Positions 57,666-64,000 of a stretch of 64,000 nucleotides of DNA are shown one piece after another. The position numbers and the translations under genes are program-made. The stretch's first letter is position 1; the number at the start of each line of letters is the position of its first letter. The stretch is from Candidatus Multivorans sp. (GTDB lineage Bacteria > Acidobacteriota > Thermoanaerobaculia > Multivoradales > Multivoraceae): contig OZ251997.1 of the NCBI GenBank assembly GCA_965247095.1, positions 928,001 through 992,000 of the forward strand, in the 5' to 3' direction. Below the pieces are notes generated by a model. The model was not told the origin of the DNA and did no database searches. It worked only from the letters and a program-made list of their open reading frames with translations.

Positions 57666-59607
57666 CCGAAGTTCTGGGGGCCTGAGTGTCGCGGATCGTT
57701 GCCGCGCCTAGGGTTTTGCGGTTTCCGAGCCGCAAAGTGTACCCATGTATGATGGTCGAATGCGGTAGACATGGAGACATGATGAAGCTACAATAGAAGC
57801 CATGTACATCGAACGCGTACCCAACCGCAACTCGCCACCCGCCGTGCTCCTGCGCGAGTCCTACCGAGACCACGGAAGAGTCTGCAAACGGACACTCGCC
57901 AACCTCTCCAAGTGGCCCGATCATCTCGTTGAGGGCCTGCGCACTCTCCTCAAGGGCGGCGTCGCACTGCCCTCCCTCGACTCCGCCTTCGAAATCCTGC
58001 GCTCCAGGCCCCACGGTCATGTCGCCGCCACGCTCGGCGCCGCGCGACGACGCGGCCTCGAGACACTCCTCGACCGCCGACCCTCGCGCGAACGGGCGCT
58101 CGCGCTCGCCATGATCATCGCCCGCATCCTCGAACCTCGCTCCAAGCTCGCCACCGCACGCGGACTCTCAAGCGAGACCTCGTCCCACACCCTCGGCGAG
58201 GAACTCGGAGTCGAGGAGGCGGGCGCCGACGAGCTCTACTCCGCCATGGATTGGCTGCTCAAACGGCAGCAACGCATCGAGCGACGGCTGGCCGAACAGC
58301 ACCTCAAAGACGGTTGCCTCGTCTTGTGCGACGTGACCTCGGTCTACTTCGAGGGCGCGAAATGCGCCCTCGCCCGGCGCGGGTACTCCAAGGACGGCAA
58401 GCCGGGCAAGCCCCAGATCGTCTTCGCGCTGCTCTGCAACCGGGACGGATGCCCGGTCGCGGTCGAGGTCTTCGAAGGCAACACCGCCGATCCCGGCACG
58501 CTGAGTTCCCAAGTGCAGAAGCTCAACGAGCGCTTCTCGCTCGACCGCGTGGTCATGGTCGGCGATCGGGGCCTGCTCACCAGCGCCCGCATCCGCGAAG
58601 ACCTCGAACCCGGCGGCCTGTCGTGGATCACTGCCCTGCGCGCGCCCGCGATCCGCACCCTGGTGCAGCAGGGCCACCTGCAACTGTCGATCTTCGACGA
58701 ACGGGACATGGCCGAACTGAGCGCCCCCGAGCTGTACCCCGCAGAGCGGCTGATCGTGTGCCGGAACCCGCTCCTGGCAACCAGGCGGCGCCGCAAGCGC
58801 CAGGAGCTTCTCGACGCCACCGAGCGCAAGCTGGAGGCCGTCGCCGAAGCGACAAGGCGCCCACAGCGCCCCCTGCGGGGCAAGGACAAGATCGCCGCCC
58901 GCGCCGACCGCGCCCTGCGCGCCCACAAGGTCGGCAAGCACTTCGACACCGAGATCGACGAAGACGGCTTCCGCTACTGCCGCAATCAGACGCGGATCGC
59001 CGAAGAGGCCGCCCTCGACGGCTTCTACGTCATCCGCACCAACGTGGCCGAGGCCGACCTCCCGGCGCCGGAGGCGGTCCGGGCCTACAAGAGCCTCAGC
59101 CGCGTCGAGCGCGCCTTCCGCAGCTACAAGAGCGTCGACCTCAAGGTGCGGCCCGTCCACCATCGCCTGGCCGACAGAGTGCGAGCCCACGTCTTTCTGT
59201 GCATGCTCGCCTACTACGTCGAGTGGCACATGCGACGCCTTCTCGCTCCCTTGCTCTTCGACGACGACGACCCCAGGGACCAACGCTCCTCGCCCGTCCA
59301 GCCGGCTCGCCGGTCCCCCGCAGCCCGCGCCAAGGCGAGCGCCAAGCGCACACCGCAAGGACTACCCGTCCACAGCTTCCAGACCCTGCTCGCCGACCTG
59401 GCCACCCTGACCCGAAATCGCGTCCGAATGCAGGGCCACGAGAACGCCACCGCGGATGTCCTGGCCAGACCGACACCCCTCCAGGCCGAGGCCTTCAGCC
59501 TCCTCAACCTACCGACCATGACCAACCGTACCCAGTAGACAACACACCCTTATCCAAAAAAACACCGTCATTGCAGGAGTTTCACGACTTGGGCACCAGA
59601 ACTTCGG
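57666..59607 (+). mobile_element. IS1634-family insertion sequence, complete
   Basis: Perfect 12 bp terminal IR CCGAAGTTCTGG / CCAGAACTTCGG; 6 bp direct repeat ACTAGA at 57660..57665 and 59608..59613; single transposase ORF. Confidence 0.92.
57802..59538 (+). CDS. IS1634-family DDE transposase
   Basis: MYIERVPNRNSPPAVLLRESYR, DVTSVYFEG, RGYSKD, FEGNTAD, VGDRG, DGFYVIRT, YKSL..VERAFR and RVRAHVFLCMLAYY motifs. Confidence 0.95.
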   Translation: MYIERVPNRNSPPAVLLRESYRDHGRVCKRTLANLSKWPDHLVEGLRTLLKGGVALPSLDSAFEILRSRPHGHVAATLGAARRRGLETLLDRRPSRERALALAMIIARILEPRSKLATARGLSSETSSHTLGEELGVEEAGADELYSAMDWLLKRQQRIERRLAEQHLKDGCLVLCDVTSVYFEGAKCALARRGYSKDGKPGKPQIVFALLCNRDGCPVAVEVFEGNTADPGTLSSQVQKLNERFSLDRVVMVGDRGLLTSARIREDLEPGGLSWITALRAPAIRTLVQQGHLQLSIFDERDMAELSAPELYPAERLIVCRNPLLATRRRRKRQELLDATERKLEAVAEATRRPQRPLRGKDKIAARADRALRAHKVGKHFDTEIDEDGFRYCRNQTRIAEEAALDGFYVIRTNVAEADLPAPEAVRAYKSLSRVERAFRSYKSVDLKVRPVHHRLADRVRAHVFLCMLAYYVEWHMRRLLAPLLFDDDDPRDQRSSPVQPARRSPAARAKASAKRTPQGLPVHSFQTLLADLATLTRNRVRMQGHENATADVLARPTPLQAEAFSLLNLPTMTNRTQ

Positions 59608-59654
59608 ACTAGAGCCAAGGAACGGCGTAAGCGCAAGGCTCACGCGTGGTTTCG

Positions 59655-59703
59655 TCCGGTCTCCGTTTTCGCCTGTCCGTTTTCGGCTTTCCGTTGTCCG
59701 ATG
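59655..59703. repeat. Degenerate heptamer tandem array (7 units)
   Basis: TCCGGTC TCCGTTT TCGCCTG TCCGTTT TCGGCTT TCCGTTG TCCGATG. Confidence 0.55.
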
Positions 59704-59718
59704 CGAGCGGAAGCTTCG

Positions 59719-61362
59719 TCAGTAGCCCAGCGCCGCTCCGTCCTTGCGGGGATCCGAGGCGCCGACCAGGGTGCCGTGGCGGTCGATGCGAATCGCCTGA
59801 GCGCCTCCGAACTCGGCTCCGCCGGCGATCCGCACGTGGTGGCCGAGGTCCTCGAGACCGGCGACGGTCTGCGCCTCCATGCCGCGTTCGCACAACAGGT
59901 CAAGGCCTGTGGTGTGGCGCCAGCGCGGACGGTCGATCGCCGCCTGCAGCGAGAGCCCGTGGTCGTAGTGGTTGGTCAGGAGTTGGACATGCCCCTGGGG
60001 TTGGAAGGGGCCGCCCATCACGCCGTAGCAGAGCTCCAGCCTGCCCGAGTTCAGGACCATGCCGGGGATGATCGTGTGGAAGGGACGCTTGCCGGGTTGG
60101 TACTCGTTGGGGTGTCCGGGCGCCAGGGTAAAGCCGGCGCCGCGGTTGTGGAGCAGGATGCCGGTGTCTCCGCCCACGATCGCGGCGCCGAAGGGCGCGA
60201 ACAGGGAGTTGATGAAGGAGGCGGCGTTGCCGTCGCCGTCGACGACCGCGAGGTAGACCGTGTCCGAGCCGGCACGACCTCCGCCGGTGGGGATTTCGCC
60301 CGCGCCGACGAGCGATGCCGCGCGGCGAGGATCGATCTGACGACTCCGTTCCCGGGCGTAGCCCTTGTCCAACAGCTCGCTCAGCGGTACGCCGCCGCCG
60401 GTGCGGAGGGGATGGCCGTCCGGGTCGCCGACGTGAGCGTGGAGGTCGGCGTAAGCGAGCTTCTTCGCTTCGACCAGCAGGTGGGTGTGCTCGACGCCTC
60501 CCAGGTCCATGGCGGCCAGATCGAAGTTCTCAAGCAGATTGAGCATGAGCAGGACGCCCAACCCCTGACCGTTCGGCGGCAACTGGGCGACCTCGCGGCC
60601 GCGGTAGCGGGTGCCGATCGGATGGACCCAGGTCGACGTGTGGCGCTTGAAGTCATCGAGCTGGAGGAAGCCGCCGGTGCTTTGGGAGTAGCGCACGATC
60701 TCCTCGGCGATCGGTCCGCGGTAGAAGGCGTCTCGCCCGTTCCGTGCGATGCGACGGAGCGAGCGCGCGAGGGCGGGGGACCGGAAGGCGGCGCCGAGTT
60801 CCGGCGCGTCGCCGTCCGGGAGATAGTGCGTCGCCGCCGCCTGGTCGCGGCGCAACCTGTCCGCGCAGGCGCGCCACATGCCCTGCACGCGCTCACTGAC
60901 GGGGAAGCCCTGCTCGGCGGTCTCGGTCGCCGGGCCGATCAGATCGGCAAAGTGCAGGCGACCGAACCGCTCGTGCGCGGTCTGCCAGAGATCGACCGCG
61001 CCGGGGACGGTGACCGCCGGCCACGAGTCGGGTTCGATCGCGTCGCCGGCGAGCGCCTCTCGCGCCAGCCCCGCGGGTGAGCGTCCGCTGCCGTTGAGGC
61101 CCAGGAGTTCGCCCGGCCCGCCTTCCGGGTCGGCCCGGTAGTAGAGCAGGAACGCGTCGCCGCCGATGCCGGTCATCATCGGTTCGACCACCGCCAGCAT
61201 CGCGGCCGCCGCGACCGCTCCGTCGATCGCCGAGCCGCCGGCCCGCAGCATGTCGAGGCCAGCCAGGGTGGCCTGCGGATGGGATGTCGCCACCATGCCC
61301 CGGCACGCCATGACCAGGCTCCGGCCAGGCCGGTGGGGGCTGGCGAGCCTCGGAACCGTCAC
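59719..61362 (-). CDS. ggt: Gamma-glutamyltransferase (cytoplasmic type)
   Basis: GGSAIDGAVA, VVEP.MTGIGGDAF, VPGAV, PPNGQG, DTVYLAVVD (catalytic Thr), PGKRPFHTIIP, GVMGG..QPQG and SDPRKDG motifs. Confidence 0.93.
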   Translation of the reverse strand: MTVPRLASPHRPGRSLVMACRGMVATSHPQATLAGLDMLRAGGSAIDGAVAAAAMLAVVEPMMTGIGGDAFLLYYRADPEGGPGELLGLNGSGRSPAGLAREALAGDAIEPDSWPAVTVPGAVDLWQTAHERFGRLHFADLIGPATETAEQGFPVSERVQGMWRACADRLRRDQAAATHYLPDGDAPELGAAFRSPALARSLRRIARNGRDAFYRGPIAEEIVRYSQSTGGFLQLDDFKRHTSTWVHPIGTRYRGREVAQLPPNGQGLGVLLMLNLLENFDLAAMDLGGVEHTHLLVEAKKLAYADLHAHVGDPDGHPLRTGGGVPLSELLDKGYARERSRQIDPRRAASLVGAGEIPTGGGRAGSDTVYLAVVDGDGNAASFINSLFAPFGAAIVGGDTGILLHNRGAGFTLAPGHPNEYQPGKRPFHTIIPGMVLNSGRLELCYGVMGGPFQPQGHVQLLTNHYDHGLSLQAAIDRPRWRHTTGLDLLCERGMEAQTVAGLEDLGHHVRIAGGAEFGGAQAIRIDRHGTLVGASDPRKDGAALGY

Positions 61363-61385
61363 TGATCAGTAACACCCACCGTAGG

Positions 61386-63605
61386 TCAGCGGAACACATC
61401 GAAGGCGCGGTTGTACTTGACGATCAGGCTGCGATCGGGTTCCTCACGACCCAGGAGACCGAACTCGGAGATCTCGTTGTAGACCAGAAACAGCCCCCGG
61501 TTCGCCTCGTTCAGCCAACTGAAGCGCAGGTTCGTCGACACTCTGTCCGTCGTGTCGTTGTACTGGACCAGAGCCTGTAGCAGCAGGCTCGTGCTGAAGG
61601 CGTAGGTGACGCGAAGACGGCCGAGGTTTGCCTTGAACGCGCCGCCGGCGACTTCGATGTCGTTATAGGACCAACTGATCTCCGAAGTCAGGTAGTCGCC
61701 GAGGCGGATGCTCAGTGCGGGATCGATGGCGAACTGGTCGCCGCCGAAGAAACCGCCGGCCTGGACCATTGCGAACAGACTGACGGCGCGCCCGCGGTTC
61801 GTGTTCATGAACAGGAAGATGCCGTAGTCGTCGTACCTGCCGGCCTCGATCTCGACGCCTTCGCGAACCAGAAAAGAATCGACCAGACCCTCGTAGCGGC
61901 CGCCTCCGGAGAAACTGATCTGGGCGCCGCTACGGAACTCGACCTCGCCGCCGATGGAGTAGCGCTGGGTCTGGTGAAAACCGTCGAAGTCCCAGAAGCT
62001 GTCGTAGTAGACGCGGGGCCCGAACTCCTTGACCCGACCCTCGCCGGCGGGCCGAAACTGACGGCGGATGTAGCCGTTGAGCTGCCGGTAGCCGGAGCGG
62101 CTGAGGAAACCGACCTCCGGATTGAAGTCCTCGCCTATCTCCGCGTAGCCGGTTCGCCAGCGCCAGAACGGCGAGCTGTAGGAACTGCCGAGGCCGAAAC
62201 CGTGGTCGCGGCCGGTGAGGCCCGGGGTCTCGGTCTGCCCCACCCAGCCGGTGAGTTCGGTGTAGTCGCCGACCCCGATCTGCCCGTCGACCGCGTAGGT
62301 GCGGTTGAAGTCGCCGTCGGGCGCCAGGGCGCCCGTACCCTGGCGGTTGATGACGAGCACGCCCGCCCGGCTGCGGTTGCGGTACTCGCGGCTTACGCGC
62401 GCGACGCTGAAGTTGTTGCCGTGAATCTCGCCGAAATCGTCGGTCTGCATGTTCAGGAAGCCGACGTTCAGGCCGCCCGCCTTGCCGGAGAGTCGGACCC
62501 CACCCAGGATGGGGACCGGCTGGCCGCCGGCGAGGCCGATCCGCCGGCTGAAGAAGAGTTCCACCCCGCCGCGGAAGGAACTCCGGCCGCCGACCCGGAA
62601 CTGGCCCGCGTTCTCCAGGAAGAAGGGCCTCTTTTCGGGGAAGAAGAGGCTGAAACGGTCGAGGTTGACCTGCTGATCGTCGGCCTCGACCTGCGCGAAG
62701 TCCGTGTTCAGGGTCACATCGAGCGTGAGGCTCGGGGTGATGCCGTACTTGAGGTCCATGCCGCCGTCCCATTCGGAGCTGCGATCGGCGACGCCGTCGT
62801 CGCGAGTCGAGGACACGGCATACGGGGTCAACTGGAGGTTGCGCTGGCGGGGCGTGACCAGACCGACCAGCGTGCCGGCCTCGGACACCCGGTACAGACG
62901 GTGCTGCCGGGCGAGGTGCGCCCAGAAGGCGGTCTCGTTCTTGCGCCGGATGTTGCGCTCGAAGTTGACGCCCCAGGAGCCGGCCCCGGAGTCGAAGCGG
63001 AGACTGCGGAAGGGAATCGCCATCTCGGCGCTCCACCCGAAGTCGCCGACGCGGGTCCTGACGGTCCAGGAGGTGTCCCAGTCCAGGTTGGCGCCCGAAG
63101 AGGAGCCGCCGGAGAACGAACCACCGCTGCCGGACCCCTCGTTGGTCACCTGGCCGTCATACTGGATGCCACCGACGTTGGTGCCGAACATGAACGCGTT
63201 CTGCCGGTCGCCGTAGGTGTCGAGGATGAAGCGAAAGCTGTCCTCGTCGCGGAGAGAAACGTCGCGCCGGCTGTCTGAGATGACCAGCGTCGAGGCCTCG
63301 CTGTCGAAGCAGACAGCGGCGATGTACAGGTTCTGCTCGTCGAAGGCGATCCGAACTTCGGTGCGCTCCGAGGCCGGCTGGCCTTCGAAGGGCTCGGTCT
63401 GCTGGAAGCCGGTGGCGACATCGACCTGCTGCCACAGCGCCTCCCCGAGCACATCGCCGTCGATGACCGGCTGCTCCTGCAACCGATGTGCCCGGAGCTG
63501 CGGTCGGTCGCTACGGGGCTCTTGCTGTGCAGCCTCGGCGCCGCCCTGGGCCGCAAGGAAGGCGGCCAGCGCGACGGCGCCGCGCCGAAGTGCGATTCGG
63601 TGCAT
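61386..63605 (-). CDS. DUF5916 / CBM9-like outer-membrane protein
   Basis: Signal peptide; P.IDG, LDT..D, W.AEM.IPF.SLRF, NTDFAQVEAD, NLDRFSLFFPEKRPFFLE, FFSRRIG motifs; beta-barrel-like C-terminus. Confidence 0.88.
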   Translation of the reverse strand: MHRIALRRGAVALAAFLAAQGGAEAAQQEPRSDRPQLRAHRLQEQPVIDGDVLGEALWQQVDVATGFQQTEPFEGQPASERTEVRIAFDEQNLYIAAVCFDSEASTLVISDSRRDVSLRDEDSFRFILDTYGDRQNAFMFGTNVGGIQYDGQVTNEGSGSGGSFSGGSSSGANLDWDTSWTVRTRVGDFGWSAEMAIPFRSLRFDSGAGSWGVNFERNIRRKNETAFWAHLARQHRLYRVSEAGTLVGLVTPRQRNLQLTPYAVSSTRDDGVADRSSEWDGGMDLKYGITPSLTLDVTLNTDFAQVEADDQQVNLDRFSLFFPEKRPFFLENAGQFRVGGRSSFRGGVELFFSRRIGLAGGQPVPILGGVRLSGKAGGLNVGFLNMQTDDFGEIHGNNFSVARVSREYRNRSRAGVLVINRQGTGALAPDGDFNRTYAVDGQIGVGDYTELTGWVGQTETPGLTGRDHGFGLGSSYSSPFWRWRTGYAEIGEDFNPEVGFLSRSGYRQLNGYIRRQFRPAGEGRVKEFGPRVYYDSFWDFDGFHQTQRYSIGGEVEFRSGAQISFSGGGRYEGLVDSFLVREGVEIEAGRYDDYGIFLFMNTNRGRAVSLFAMVQAGGFFGGDQFAIDPALSIRLGDYLTSEISWSYNDIEVAGGAFKANLGRLRVTYAFSTSLLLQALVQYNDTTDRVSTNLRFSWLNEANRGLFLVYNEISEFGLLGREEPDRSLIVKYNRAFDVFR

Positions 63606-63610
63606 GACGG

Positions 63611-64000
63611 TTACGGTTGTGCGGGAACTCGATCTGCTTCGCGGCTGGTAGGGGGCTGGACGGCGGGTACTTCCAGTTCCCTTGCGCGCCGGTTCAGCTC
63701 CTCGAGGCGGGGACCGGTCAACTCGTCCACCGCTTCGAGGATCGGCAGCAGCTCCGCCTCAAGGTCTTCGAAGCGGCGACGCGCGCCGGCGGTCGGCCGG
63801 GCGGTGTTGCCGAAGACGTGAGTGTAGAGGTAGGCGTACTGGTTGTCGATCCTCGGCGGGAAGTTCAACGCGTCCTGGGATACGCGACTCTGGGCCTGGA
63901 TGAGCCGATCGTTCAGCTCGTCGGCGCGCTCCGCGACCTCGTCGACGACGGGCTTCAGTTCGCCTGCCCCGGCGGCGTCGAGCCGCTCACCCAGGGTCTC
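63611..64000 (-). CDS. C-terminal end of a VPS10/BNR-repeat 'glycosyl hydrolase'-type protein (runs off the window)
   Basis: Frame open to the window edge: ...LIQAQSRVSQDALNFPPRIDNQYAYL...RPTAG...LEELNRR, the helical tail typical of this family. Confidence 0.6.
   Translation of the reverse strand, partial: ETLGERLDAAGAGELKPVVDEVAERADELNDRLIQAQSRVSQDALNFPPRIDNQYAYLYTHVFGNTARPTAGARRRFEDLEAELLPILEAVDELTGPRLEELNRRARELEVPAVQPPTSREADRVPAQP

Noticed and set aside
57661-59612. CTAG as the IS terminus or a 4 bp target duplication
   Set aside because: A 6 bp ACTAGA duplication with perfect 12 bp IRs inside it explains both ends better.

Overview
High-GC bacterial chromosomal window. Two acidobacterial-type VWA proteins and PVC-type gene families suggest Acidobacteriota (inference). 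It holds about 45 protein genes and no recognisable rRNA, tRNA or CRISPR array. Housekeeping genes: dnaE, comEC, miaA, gor/gshB/chaC/ggt, clpS-clpA. Other content: a 15.8 kb nine-gene MoxR/DUF58/BatA/DUF4159 operon, a HEPN-type toxin-antitoxin-like pair in a decayed islet, and a complete IS1634-family element (12 bp IRs, 6 bp target duplication). The strongest non-obvious signals are three. (1) A ~70 bp two-hairpin repeat with compensatory stem changes occurs three times, and one copy is translated in frame at a protein C-terminus. (2) Two tandem genes fuse a PP-loop-degenerate Dph6/MJ0570-type ATP pyrophosphatase domain to an AraC DNA-binding domain; one is intact, one has two frameshifts, and the IS sits just upstream. 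(3) A signal-peptide peroxiredoxin is split by an in-frame UGA at its catalytic residue and followed by a SECIS-like hairpin. All family calls are by-eye motif recognition; no database searches were run.
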